The position numbers and the translations under genes are program-made. Under the pieces are notes generated by a model, which did no database searches, was not told the DNA's origin, and was given only the letters and a program-made list of their open reading frames with translations. A stretch of DNA of 63,527 bases, counting the filler, from Aduncisulcus paluster (taxonomy: Eukaryota): assembly GCA_024181965.1 (NCBI GenBank). It is 21 parts of 21 records of this genome, joined end to end, with 100 filler letters (N's around TTAATTAATTAA, not from the genome) between each part and the next. Parts side by side here need not be neighbours in the genome. Positions count along the whole stretch, not along the records: positions 19,143 to 24,273 come from BQXS01012225.1; positions 24,374 to 25,453 come from BQXS01012226.1; positions 25,554 to 26,861 come from BQXS01012227.1; positions 26,962 to 28,116 come from BQXS01012228.1; positions 28,217 to 30,996 come from BQXS01012231.1; positions 31,097 to 32,166 come from BQXS01012235.1; positions 32,267 to 33,332 come from BQXS01012237.1; positions 33,433 to 35,363 come from BQXS01012238.1; 13 more parts are not named here. One strand, written 5' to 3'. Below, piece by piece: positions 21,575 to 34,029 of the stretch (positions within the stretch are counted from its first letter, which is position 1; every line of letters begins with the position of its first letter).

Positions 21575-24273
21575 ATGAATCGCACAACTGAATTAACAAC
21601 AAATATACCTAATGAAGCTGAAAATGGTTCAAAATCTGGACAATTTGAAGCAACTCACCCCTCAACATTTCCCAGCTCCAGTGCTGATCAAAGACAAAAA
21701 TTACTGACCATTCCAGTAGCATCTTCGTCTTTTCATGACGATAAAGAATCTATTATATCCCATCATCCCGCTAAAAATAGTGGCGATTCATCTTCACATT
21801 CTCATCCTTCTAGAATTCCGGTCTTAGGGCAAAATATTCAATTATCTCCAAATCCTTTGTCGAAGAATCCTTTTTTGGGACCGTTAACAAAGGAATTTAA
21901 ACGTATTCGTGAATCCCATAAACTCAAAACATATTTTAAATCGTTTTACAAGGATTCCATCGGTATTGGAAGATGGGAAGATGATGAAGTACGTAAATTC
22001 AATGTATTTATATCCTCTCCTTCTCATTCTTGGCAAAATATTTCCCAAAAACAAAAAAGCCAATTTTCTAACATAGTTTCCGCCTTTCGAGGTGAAATTG
22101 AAAAAGACAAACACTTTTTCCTCTGCAAATCATTGATAACTTCTCCAAAACCAAAAGATTGTAAAAATCCTGTTCTTTGTGGTTTTGGAATTTCGATTGA
22201 TGATCCATCACGAATTACGTATCCTTATTTTGTTCCAATTTCCGGGAGTTCCGATGAAAAAGTGGTTATAACACAAGAATCAACACATACTATAACAATA
22301 ACAGTGACAAGATCTTTTTTATCGCCATTTTCCCTCCTCTCCCATTCTCTCCTCTCTGAATCATCGATATTGAGTGTACTATCATCACTCTCGTTGTCGT
22401 CATTCTATTCTGAAATCAATGAGAATGTTCACAAGTTGCTTGCTGTTCATGGCAGGTTGAAGAAACCCGATCCGTCTTCATTATCGGATCTGCACAAGAC
22501 AGAAATGTTGAAATACGTTCTGAAATGTTTCCCTGCCTCATCATTCCTGCGTTCTCTAAAGAGTATCTCCTCGTATTCGTCGTTAACGTCCCCATCAAGC
22601 ACATCTCATCCCACATGTCCTTTCTCCCTCATATTGCCTCCAATGTTGCTTATTCCTTCGGCATTAACGGCATCAAGGGTATTCTTCTTCCGTGAACGTA
22701 TATTTCTGGGTGTAGCCAAGGAAGCCAATATGGCTGGTGAACCTCCTGATGGTCTCTCCTCTAAATCTCCCACCTCTCAGATCGATAGACGTCGCACGTC
22801 CTCTCTTAGTGTGCCTCAGAACTCAGTCTCAGGGAATCATAGCTATCCTATACTCATATTTGAGTATGTTTTCCCCCTTGCTTCAACACGAGAGGGGACT
22901 CATCCAACTGCGGAACAATTATCTCTCCTTCTGGCACATTTACCATCCGTTGTCGCCTCTGATTCCGCATATGTTGAAATCAAGCTAGAAGAGGAAGAAC
23001 CAGATCTTTCTCAAAGGAGACAAAGACACCCTTCCAAGCAAAGTGATCTATTTATAGAAACTGAGAAAGCTCCAAGTACAGGACATCAAGGTAGTGTTAG
23101 TATGGATGATGCAGATGTTGATGATGATCCGTTTGTGTCTGATATCGATGAATCTGTGCCCGCAGTATGTGTGTGCAGAGTCGCTTTGGTCGGTGGAAAC
23201 ATGACCCAATATTTGAAAAGAGAGAATGATCTTAAGCGACAATCAAGCTCATCCCTTCGATCCTCTGTCGATCTCCAGCATCTCCCTGGATCAATTGAAC
23301 GTGAAACTAAGGAATCATACATTCAGGAGTATGCCTCGATTATAGATTTCGAGGGAGATAAACTTGAGCAAAGGAAAAGGAAGATGTCAATTGCCAAGGC
23401 AGCACAGCCTCACCCATCTTCTGATTATCACGTAATCAAGTCTGATTATCACGTAATCAAGGGAAAAGATACAAAGAAAGTAATGTTTAAACCAGTGAGT
23501 GTGCCAAAGTCTATAGATTATTTCCCTGCGCCACAATCACAATACACTCGAGAATCAAGTGAATTTACTGTTGGAATGGAGGCCTCGAATCCTCAATCAG
23601 GTGAAATTACCTCAGTTCCAGATGGTACTTCTTCGATGCACACTCCTTCTCAGCATTCTACTCAAGATGTTTCTCAAAATGTTTCTCAAGATTTTGAACA
23701 TCTTTCCTCAACCAAACATGATACCAAACCCCTCACTGGAATGCTGAGAGCTGTCAGCAAGGATGATTTCATATCCCCAATATCCTCCATAAAATCCCGT
23801 AGATCTATCCCCCCTCCTCCTCCTCCCTTCTTCTTCTTCTTCTTCTTCTTCATTTTTGACGCATGAGAATCGAGAAATGACACCCAAACGTGTTCCATCT
23901 CTTCACGTATCTGACTCTCTGAAGTCTTTCCTTCATACGCCCATCATTGAGCCTTCAAAGAGTGTCAGAGACGATGAATCTTCTCAACAACTTGAAGCTG
24001 GGCCTGAACATCGAATGATTAGCGTGTCTAAACCAAGGAAAGATCAATCATCGTATCGTCAACAGACACTCGCTTCTGGAGAATCTTCTTCTCATTTGGC
24101 ACGAACTCTCTCACCCAGGTCTAAAAATAGAACTAGAAAGTTGAAACAGTTCCATATGTATGAAAATAAGAAAGCAAGGGATAAAAAACGACAGAAGGTT
24201 CAGAAAGAAAAACTAAATCGTGAAATTAGAGATAGAGAACGGAAAGATCGCGAAAAGAAAGAAAAAATTGCCA
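21575..24273 (+). CDS. Ser-rich hypothetical protein, apparently frameshifted at a C/T microsatellite near 23809-23851, 3'-truncated
   Basis: The 763-aa ORF ends in poly-Pro/poly-Phe; the +1 frame reads poly-Ser and continues into the 23856 ORF. Internal 21-bp tandem duplication (SDYHVIK x2) at 23420-23461. Confidence 0.65.
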
Positions 24274-24373
24274 NNNNNNNNNNNNNNNNNNNNNNNNNNN
24301 NNNNNNNNNNNNNNNNNTTAATTAATTAANNNNNNNNNNNNNNNNNNNNNNNNNNNNNNNNNNNNNNNNNNNN

Positions 24374-25453
24374 AATGCAAACGATTCCAACAGCGATAAA
24401 AACGCACGAGACAATGATGCATGTAACTATAACAATTTTCAGGACATTACTATCCTCTTCACCACACATTGTACCATTCCACCCATCATCACATGCACAC
24501 TGATATTGGATACTTGAAGCATTATTGGAATCACTGGAACTATATGAATAACACACTCCATGCGATGAACACAGAGAGGATGGATCTGCATTGCTTTCAG
24601 TGTAAGTATCCTCACTCACTCCACACATGTCAACAGAGCATGATGATGCTGATGCTGATGATGAGACTGTTGAACTATCATTCCCCCATCCATACTCACA
24701 CTGACACATGGCTATGAGACTATCTTCTCCTTCACCAAGAACACATGTGCCATGACTATCCGTGGTTGTTCCACAGGTCAAGCAGGCAGTGTCATTTCCA
24801 GCAATGTCCCTGTAATAAGGGTGAGTCGCAGGATCAATGCATGTGGATGTGGATGCATCAGTGATGAGACCATAGGAGGAACAGTCACACGAATATGTGT
24901 CAGTGTCTGATGAATAGAATCCATAGGCTGAATATGATGAAGATGGATCTGTGGAGTAATTAACTCCACACACATAATCAACGATAGTTGGGTTTGTTTC
25001 ATCATCATCATTCACATACTCAACAGTCTCAACAGGATATTGGGAAGAACATGATGACCCATACCATCCAGCATCACATTCACAATACAATATCTCAGAA
25101 GAATAATCAGAAAATAGATCAACAGCACACTGACCGTGCAGACCACATCTTGACAAACTATCACAATAGAGGTTGCATGCTGAACCATAATACCCAGACT
25201 CACACACACATGTATGGGTGGCAGCATCACATGTTCCATGAGAAGATCCACTGCACAAATCAAGATCATCAGAAACAGGACAAATTGATGAACAATCAGT
25301 CCCATACCATCCATCAGAACACTCACAGAATAGTGGGGAGGATTCATCACTAGCGTCAGACTCGGAGTCATACACACATGTACCACGCTCACCACCACAG
25401 TTGGAACACGCAGAAGAAGAAGAAGAAGAAGAAGAAGGTAACACACATTCACC
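24374..25453 (-). CDS. Cys-rich EGF-like repeat surface protein with a C-terminal TM helix (fragment)
   Basis: Repeated CxCxxGWYGxxC motifs, then VLKIVIVTCIIVSCVFIAVGIVCI. Near-identical to part of 31097-32166. Confidence 0.85.
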
Positions 25454-25555
25454 NNNNNNNNNNNNNNNNNNNNNNNNNNNNNNNNNNNNNNNNNNNNTTA
25501 ATTAATTAANNNNNNNNNNNNNNNNNNNNNNNNNNNNNNNNNNNNNNNNNNNNTA

Positions 25556-25780
25556 AATATTGTTGATATGTTTATCTCTGCACTTGGCTCTGAGAAGGTT
25601 CATTGTGGGATATTCGGTGCGTATATGATGGTTAGTTTGGTTAATGATGGTCCGGTGACAATTGAATTGGATAGCAGAAAGTTCTCGTATGATCCAGAGG
25701 AACAATATGCCCGAATTGGTGGAAAGAAAGGCAAGGCAAAAGTCAAAGCGGCGATGTTATTACGGGAAAAGGAGTGTTAG
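25556..25780 (+). CDS. DTD1: D-aminoacyl-tRNA deacylase, C-terminal fragment
   Basis: GIFGAYMMVSLVNDGPVTIELDS carries the DTD signature with the Gly-cisPro motif. Confidence 0.92.
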   Translation, partial: NIVDMFISALGSEKVHCGIFGAYMMVSLVNDGPVTIELDSRKFSYDPEEQYARIGGKKGKAKVKAAMLLREKEC

Positions 25781-26191
25781 TTTATCTGGGATTTATGTCC
25801 GTGAACAAATTTATTAAAATAAAAGCGCAAAATCTCTTTACAATAATTTTTGGATCTCCCAGAAATGGAAGTCAAAAAAGTATTAATCTCTGCAAGGTGG
25901 CGACAATAATTAATTCGAATTATATTAATATAAAAATTAATATAATTATAATCCTAAAATAAAATAATAAAATAAACCATTGTAATATCAGTCCTGCTAA
26001 CAGGAGAAAGATGATAAAGATCCCGAGGAAAAATAGAATTATAAAAATTACTACATAAATACTGGTCAACAAATTTACTCAGATCTATTGTTCTCATTCC
26101 AATGAATAGCTCAGCGATAAGAAGAATCATCTTCGAAAAACAAATAAAAAGAATTTATTCGATCGAGAAGTTAGAATGTCTAACTATTTAC

Positions 26192-26860
26192 CTATTTCTT
26201 TTCTCCTTCTTCCTTGGTGATTTTCAAACATTTAACATCCACAGGTTCACCCTTGCTTTCTTTCAACTCTTTCTCTTTCGCTTCAACATATCTTGAAAAC
26301 ATGCGCTTGATTTCATCATTGTCGATTTCAACGGACTTCCCCTCCAATTTCCTCTTATCGTATAATATCCACATTCCATTGAGAACAGTCTGGAGGAGTT
26401 TATGTTGTTCGTGAGACGTTGGCTCCAGACGGACAGCTTGGATAGCATCAAGAACGGCAGGTTCCATACTTTCCCACTTCTCCTGGCCTAACCTAGCCAA
26501 TGCACGATCTCCTCGGAGAAAAACATTCGTCGGATCGAGTTTAATCGCCACATCAAGTTGATCGATGGCTTCTTTGAACTTCTTCTCGTCAAGATATTTC
26601 TCAGCCTTCTTACGGCGTTCCTCAGCTTCACCAAGTCTTGTAGCAACATCATCACTGGCCAAATCAATCTTTCCATTGTCAGAAAGGAGCATAATATGTT
26701 GCTGACTCTTCACAAAAGCAGTTGTGCGTTCAGCGAGAATAGCTTTAGCACTCTCAAGTTTTTCAGGATCTCCATACACTTCCTTTCCAAGCTTTAAGTA
26801 AGTTTGAGCATGAGTAAGCATAGAACATGCGTTTTTAAGCTCACGTCGGGCAATATAAAT
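26192..26860 (-). CDS. TPR-repeat protein, 5'-truncated
   Basis: KKFKEAIDQLDVAIKLDPTN...RALARL...DAIQAVRLEPT are TPR consensus repeats. Confidence 0.8.
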   Translation of the reverse strand: MYIARRELKNACSMLTHAQTYLKLGKEVYGDPEKLESAKAILAERTTAFVKSQQHIMLLSDNGKIDLASDDVATRLGEAEERRKKAEKYLDEKKFKEAIDQLDVAIKLDPTNVFLRGDRALARLGQEKWESMEPAVLDAIQAVRLEPTSHEQHKLLQTVLNGMWILYDKRKLEGKSVEIDNDEIKRMFSRYVEAKEKELKESKGEPVDVKCLKITKEEGEKK

Positions 26861-26962
26861 CNNNNNNNNNNNNNNNNNNNNNNNNNNNNNNNNNNNNNNN
26901 NNNNNTTAATTAATTAANNNNNNNNNNNNNNNNNNNNNNNNNNNNNNNNNNNNNNNNNNNNT

Positions 26963-27154
26963 GTTAAGATGCCACTTGATGATGAGAGATCCTTGAGACA
27001 ATCTGTGTATGATCTGATTGAACGCACAGGTGGCGGTGTTGAAGTGATGTTTGAACAGGGATCATTATGTTGTTCGTTTGAAGAATACGATCAAGAAGCA
27101 TGGAGGATAGGAATGGAAGATATTGAAGAAGAAATGAAAGAGGAGGTCAAATAG
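26963..27154 (+). CDS. C-terminal fragment of an unknown protein
   Basis: Open from the contig start to TAG; acidic tail. Confidence 0.45.
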   Translation, partial: VKMPLDDERSLRQSVYDLIERTGGGVEVMFEQGSLCCSFEEYDQEAWRIGMEDIEEEMKEEVK

Positions 27155-27398
27155 AAAAGAGGAAGAAGGCAATCAAAAGGAGGAAAACATTGTCATTATC
27201 AAATTGTTTAAACTAATGGGATAATCTTGTTAGAGTGGTGATGGTATCCACTGATACATTTTATTTTTATGACATAATCCAATCAAACCTAATTATGATA
27301 CAATATTAAATATTCCATTTGAGAAATGGAGAAAATCCACAATATAATAGTAAGTTAAATTAACATAGAAGCTTACAATTCCAAATATCATAATTGCA

Positions 27399-28115
27399 TC
27401 AGACGACTATCTCTTTCTCTGATTCCTGCTCCTCCAGTAACTTTTGTGTTACATTGGTTTCATTCTTACCTCGGCAACACTTCAAATAAATAATGATACA
27501 AGCAACAATCAAGCCGACTCCAATAACACTCACAAGAATTATCCACCAGAGATTGGAATGGAGTTCCTTTCCAACGATACACTCGCCATCGGAACCAAGG
27601 TATGATTCGCTATTACATTCACATTTGCCTGAGCCTTGATTACACACTTCGTTGGGTTTACACTGTGAATCATAAGAACAATTGTCAGAAGAGCATGAAT
27701 CACCATACCAACCGTATGCACACCCACATGTAGCAAAGGAATCACCATCATTCATAACGGAAATAAGATCAGGTTTCTTTTGACAGACTAAACAACGATC
27801 TGAATTACTTTCATGAACAGAACCATCTATTAAACACGTTTCACCATCTGGACCGAGAGACGAACCAATGGGACACGCTTTGATACATTCGTTCGTGTTC
27901 TTGTCCAAGTAATATCCATCCCAGCATTCAACTTGATACTCGCCATCTGAGCGTTGGCGACATGTTTTGTGGGCAGAAAAGGATATGGATCCTTGGCATG
28001 GACATGACTGCTCCGAGTAAACAACTGCAAAATTATCAGTTGTGAAATGGGATTGTAGTATTGTCACGACAGAATCAATATCACAGATGAAATTATCACT
28101 AATATCAAGGAAAGA
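27399..28115 (-). CDS. LRR + EGF-like + TM surface protein, C-terminal fragment
   Basis: The frame extends to the contig end with an LRR-like end (SFLDISDNFICDI), then Cys-rich modules (CGCAYGWYGDSC), TM WWIILVSVIGVGLIVACIIIYL and a short tail. Confidence 0.8.
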   Translation of the reverse strand, partial: SFLDISDNFICDIDSVVTILQSHFTTDNFAVVYSEQSCPCQGSISFSAHKTCRQRSDGEYQVECWDGYYLDKNTNECIKACPIGSSLGPDGETCLIDGSVHESNSDRCLVCQKKPDLISVMNDGDSFATCGCAYGWYGDSCSSDNCSYDSQCKPNEVCNQGSGKCECNSESYLGSDGECIVGKELHSNLWWIILVSVIGVGLIVACIIIYLKCCRGKNETNVTQKLLEEQESEKEIVV

Positions 28116-28216
28116 TNNNNNNNNNNNNNNNNNNNNNNNNNNNNNNNNNNNNNNNNNNNNTTAATTAATTAANNNNNNNNNNNNNNNNNNNNNNNNNNNN
28201 NNNNNNNNNNNNNNNN

Positions 28217-28460
28217 CATAAATAACATATTTGCAGTGAATGGGACCAATGCTGATTCATTAGTAGCTTTCCCAAGAGGGGTTGAAGAGAGTACCTGTGA
28301 AAGTGGTAACAAACCAGTTTGGAAAGCATTTGAAGCCACATGGGAGGGAGAGGATGGAATTCCAACACCGATTGGTTTTATCATTGGATTTGACATGGTT
28401 CCCATCATCGGTGTCACTATCATTTGAGGAGTTGTTGGAGCATCCAGAGAAGCAGCAGCA

Positions 28461-28491
<31 letters not shown>

Positions 28492-30996
28492 TATGACCAA
28501 GAGGGTGTTGTTGATCCATGGTTGAATGATTGATTATTGCATTGTTTGGTGACATTTCAATACGAAGCATCATCATTCTTCTCAGATTCCATACACAGTC
28601 ACATACGAGTTGGTGAAGCATTTGTGAGGAAGATAACTGAACTTTGACTTGAGGAGATCGTTCTTTGACATGAGAAACAACCATTGCTGGACTCACCTGT
28701 ACAGCTGGGGATACAATATGATTTGTAGGGTTAAAAGCGGCAATGGATCTTGTCTCAACTTTGACTGCAGGAGCAGCAGCAGCAGCAGCAGCAGAAGAAG
28801 AAGAAGAAGAAGAAGAAGAAGAAGAAGAAGAAGAAGGAAGAGGAAGAGGAGGTGGAAAGCTGGATTCATGATTACTATTATGATGTGGTTTTGTACCAGA
28901 TGATGAAACCGATCCAGAAACTCCTAATGTGCTTCCGAAAAAAGACCCTGAAGGAAAATGTAATTGTCTTTTACCAATCTCTTTACCAGATGAGTCACGA
29001 CTTAGTTCCAGTGAATGGTCAGATGAAATAGAAGCAGCTGCTTGACCCATTTTCCTCCGAAGATAAGGGGAAGTTGGAGAGGACGGCAAAGGGGCAACTA
29101 TTTGTGGTGGAGTCCTTTCTCTGGGGCTTTCAAAAACATCCTCTTCTGCTTCATCGTCTTCAGATTCTTCAGAGCTGGAATCATCCGACCTTCCATTCCA
29201 TCCTCTTTCTTTCCGTCTCAATATTTTCCTAGCACTTCGACCAACTATCCTATTAAAACTTTGAATATCTTTTTGCAAAAACCTAATTTCTTTCGTTTCT
29301 CTGTTCCTTTCCTCCTCTTCTTTCTCCAGCAAGAAATACCCAAACGTACATGACAGAAATCCACATACGTCGCCAACAGTAACTCCCCTGGCTTCTCCTC
29401 CTCTCTCCAATTTGCTTCTGTCTAATCGTACAAAAGACACGCCTGAATTTGATTTAGTTGGCATTATTGAGCCTACTGGAGTCATGCCCAAGGCTGCTCC
29501 ATTGTTCCTCTTGCCTTTATCGTAACCAATTCCTAGATTGATGTTTCCACCACGAACACCTCCACAGACGCATCCCACAACTGCTCTTTCTCTCTCGTGC
29601 TTTGTGTGAAGCAATTCACTGCCACATTCTTGCACTGGACATGACAAAAGGAAGAGAGATAGAAGAGACATGTCGACATGCATGGACACTGTGTCAGAGG
29701 GAAGAGAACTTGCAACAGACATATGTTTATGTACCGTTTCAGGCAATTCCTTAATGTTTGTGAGGAACGGAAGGAAGAATGTCGATGGGTTCTGATCAAA
29801 GTTCATCATTGTGACATCTTGTGGATCAACCAAAACTGAGGCCTTTGAGGAGTCAATATCATCACCACTTTCGATGCTATGATTATTTTGAACAGAAGCA
29901 TATCGTTTATCTCTATGGCCTAAATACATATATTGGGCAGGGATGTCACGACCTTCTCTGATATCCCGAAGAACTTTCCTCATCTTTTCTTTCTTATCTT
30001 CTCTTTTCCTTCGATTGTCTCTGCGGTATTCTCTCAGCCAGCGTTTATATACACCATTAAAATGATGTAAGGATACGTCAACTTTGTACTCACCACTGCC
30101 AACGATTACACATTCACCATAAGCTTGTTCTGGAATGGCAACAAGCTTAGGCTCGGGTAATTCTGGTGCTGACTCAAAGCTTTTAGCAGGAATAATGCTC
30201 AAATCAACTTCCATGAAAAGGAAGATATCATCCAAAATAGATCGTTCAAAAAGACTCGCATCATACATTTTCTCAGGATTTTCTAAAAATGGAATCATTA
30301 TTGAAGACCGATCAACAATATGTGAATAATCAAATTTGGGGTTCTTTTTCCTCATTCGGCCACTGATTTCTTTTAACCGTTGTCTTCTTTGACCCATTCT
30401 AATAATAAACTCATCGCTTCGGATTTTTCTATTTTTAGACCATTCCTCTAATAGCTTAATCCTTTTCTCTCTTTTTTCTCGAATTATCTTTCTCATTTCG
30501 TTTCTCATGGAAATATCAGGAATATGGCTTTCTTCTCTTTCTTCTTCTCCTTCTTCTTCATCCTCCGTGGTATAGTCAGCATCCTTGAAAATACCGTGGA
30601 GATGGAGCCATTTTTGTCTCAGATCATTGATCAATGTAATTCTCTTTGCTCTTTCTGCCTTAAACAATTTCTTTTCCTTCTCCTCTCTCTCTTTCTCTCT
30701 TTGAGCCCTTTCATTTTCTCGAATAGACCCTATTTCACTACCACTCCCTCTTCCAGCCCTTCCAGCCATTTGCTTGAATCGGGCAGGCGATAGAATAGTG
30801 TTCCCAATCCTTGGCTGGGCTATAATCACACATTTACAAGGGAGATTGATTCCATCGGCCAATGTTGGAGTACAAACAATAACATTACAGCGAGAGAATC
30901 GGAATGCAGACTCAACCTCAAGCCTTTCTTCGGTTGTGAGACCTGCATGGTGATAAGCAACTCCATATGGAAGCACTGACATCAGGGTTCTTGGTG
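28217..30996 (-). CDS. HELQ/POLQ-type (Ski2-like SF2) helicase, internal fragment with large low-complexity insertions
   Basis: GVAYHHAGLTTEER...AF, VIVCTPTLADGINLP, FKQMAGRAGR (motifs IVa, V, VI), followed by dispersed winged-helix-region motifs. Confidence 0.85.
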
Positions 30997-31096
30997 NNNN
31001 NNNNNNNNNNNNNNNNNNNNNNNNNNNNNNNNNNNNNNNNTTAATTAATTAANNNNNNNNNNNNNNNNNNNNNNNNNNNNNNNNNNNNNNNNNNNN

Positions 31097-32166
31097 TATG
31101 ATGCCTCTTCTTCTGATGGAACGAAAGTGTATCCATTGTCATCCACTCTGATACATCTTGATCTGTCCTCCAATGCTATCTCTGACCCTACCATCGTTTC
31201 ACTCCAGCCTGGTCTCTCTGGTGTGACACAGCTGACTCTGAGTGACAACTCCATCTCTGACCTTGCTCTGTTGCAACAAGTCGTTGATGATTCCAATTCC
31301 ACAATCGCATATGTTGATGTGAGTGAGAATAGACTTGATTGTGGGTCGACTGTGTCTGAGTGTTTGAATGCACTCGCTGATATCTGTGAGCGGGATATAT
31401 CTGGATCAGTCGATGGAAATGATGGTGTTGAAGTTGTGTTCGGGGATGTGGATGGTTCTGACCCATTCGGACTTGTTTCCCAGGATACGACGTCTGCATG
31501 TGGATACGACTCTTCTTCCTCTTCTTCTTCTTCTTCATCATCATCATCGTGCTCATATCTGGAAGATCATCGTGTGTGTGGAGTTGATTACTCTGTGGAT
31601 GATGTGGATGTCACAGAGTTGACATGCATCTGTGGGTCAGGATACTATGAAGACATATCCTCTGGTGAATGTGTGTTAGCTTCTTCTTCTGCATGTTCCA
31701 ACTGTGGTGGTGAGCGTGGTACATGTGTGTATGACTCTGACTCTGACTCTGACTCTAGTGATGAATCCTCCCCACTATTCTGTGAGTGTTCAGATGGATG
31801 GTATGGCACTGATTGTTCATCCATTTGTCCTGTTTCTGATGATCTTGGTTTGTGCAGTGGATCTTCTCGTGGAACATGCAATGCTGCCACCCATACATGT
31901 GTGTGTGAGTCTGGGTATTATGGCTCAGCATGTAACCTCTATTGTGATAGTTTGTCAAAATGTGGTCTGCATGGTCGATGTGCTGTTGGTGCTCTATCTT
32001 CCTCTTCTGATACTTCTTCTGATACTTCTTCTGATACTTCTTCTGATACTTCTGAGACATTGTATTGTGAGTGTGATGCTGGATGGAATGGGTCAACATG
32101 TTTCACCCAATATCCTGTTGAGACTGTTGAATATGTGAATGATGATGATGATGATGATGATGATGA
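31097..32166 (+). CDS. LRR + EGF-like repeat surface protein (internal fragment)
   Basis: LRRs LIHLDLSSNAISD, LTLSDNSISD and VDVSENRL, followed by EGF-like repeats with Ser/Asp microsatellite linkers. Confidence 0.85.
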
Positions 32167-32626
32167 NNNNNNNNNNNNNNNNNNNNNNNNNNNNNNNNNN
32201 NNNNNNNNNNTTAATTAATTAANNNNNNNNNNNNNNNNNNNNNNNNNNNNNNNNNNNNNNNNNNNNCAACGATAAAATCATCGTGTTAGTGAGGGCAGAA
32301 TGTATTGGTTGAGAATAAAATTACATTTTGTTTAAGATTTATTGACTTATTTTATTCTCAATTATTTATTTATTTTTATTTTTGTTGCTTTTAACTTTGT
32401 TTCTTCTCATCTAAAAATAGATGAACAAGCTTGAAATGTTCTAGTAAATTTTGCACAGTCATTTTCGTTGTACTGACACACCCCGATCTCACTTTTCGAG
32501 TGGTTATTTATAAGCTCGAAGCACCAAGACACCTGTTATGGCCCAGTTCTAAAAATAGAATACACATAGAAGATTTCTTTTTAGTAAATTTGCTACCGCA
32601 ACATTTTTGATCAAAAACAAAGGTAG

Positions 32627-33332
32627 ATGATAAGCCCTGAAACTGACCTTTTTCAAGTGCCTTTATTGGCAAAATACGGAGAAGCAGCCTTCCGGTCATT
32701 TCTTGAAAAATTTCGTAGATACCGAGCTCTGAATGGAAAAGCTGCCCTATTTGTGTATTACAGCACCAATCCGGAAGATCTACGAGAGTATCGGGAAATG
32801 TCAACTTGTGAACCCAGCTATTCCAAATCCTGCTGATGATGGACTTCCTGTCGCTACCGAGAAGGTTTTCTTGAAAAAAATATCGGATTTTTATGGAAAA
32901 AAATCCGCATTGGACGTATTATATGAATTACAACGTTTAAAACTCCGCAAGGCGGACGAACGTTCTGTCAGTTTTTTTGTACAGCGCCTACATCAACTAC
33001 TTGATACTGTGGACCCGGAAGATCCCCTAAATGAGGACATTATTGTAAAAACGCTGCTCGATAATATCCTATTATCTCGCTTTCGTACGAGACTGGATGT
33101 GGCACTTCAGTGTGAGGATAAGTCACTATCTGACTTTACGAGGGTAATTCTGGAACAATGTCAGATCGTCAGCGAAGCACAGGAGGATGCTGCTGGTTAC
33201 GGTGAGGCAGAACCACCCAGACAATCGTTTGAGAGAAACAAAAACAAACGACGTTATTCAGAGAAATCTTCCCGTCCAGCAAGAGACTCAGGTTTTAAAA
33301 GAGGCCAAAAACCTCATACGCATCACTCCAGC
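32627..33332 (+). mobile_element. Second gag-like retroelement ORF, frameshifted near 32750, 3'-truncated
   Basis: VPLLAKYGEAAFRSFLEKFRRY, then in the +1 frame ALDVLYELQRLKL...SVSFFVQRL (capsid-like) and a basic nucleocapsid-like tail. No pol or LTR visible. Confidence 0.55.
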
Positions 33333-33432
33333 NNNNNNNNNNNNNNNNNNNNNNNNNNNNNNNNNNNNNNNNNNNNTTAATTAATTAANNNNNNNNNNNN
33401 NNNNNNNNNNNNNNNNNNNNNNNNNNNNNNNN

Positions 33433-33575
33433 AGTTCACGACCAATGGAGTCTCATGAAAGTAGATTTTCCAGCACTATTTCTACCAAGAACCACACATT
33501 GCCAGGCTTGACATACATACTGATTCATTTCACGGAATGGATATTTCCATTTTGATAAATGATATGTGTATCTTC
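33433..33575 (-). pseudogene. Degenerate ABC-transporter nucleotide-binding domain fragment
   Basis: The minus strand reads YQNGNIHSVK*ISMYVKPG, then after a frameshift QCVVLGRNSAGKSTFMR (Walker A). Not in the ORF track. Confidence 0.6.
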
Positions 33576-34029
33576 TTGGACATGATAAATAATACAAAAA
33601 GTATATTGGATAGTATCTAATATCATGATTACTTTGATTTTTTTTTAATATAATCTATTATTTTTGACAAAAACAAACACTTCGAATCAGCTACTTTTTG
33701 GAATGAGAATAAAGTACAAAATATCTCCGGAACTAATAAGCAATTTAACTTAATATATATATATTTTATTTAGTTTTGATATTACCTTAATAAATACCGA
33801 CCTCCTGAGTAGTGCTCAAAAACGGCATTAGAATTGCTCTACGACGATGTTTACTTTTTTTTGTCGGTTTAATTTCTGAAAATATTAGAAGCTAAATAAA
33901 AAAAAATATCATATTATGAGAGCTTACCCCTCTAGCATACCAAAGACACCAAGGTTGCCCTGTTCAAAAAAAATGATTTTTTTATTATTTTCTATAAAAC
34001 ACTAAATACAAAATCCTTGCCTTGCCGTT

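Noticed and set aside
32267..32626. LTR and primer-binding site upstream of the gag-like ORF
   Set aside because: TG..CA candidates exist, but there is no second LTR and no convincing TGG-initiated tRNA complement.
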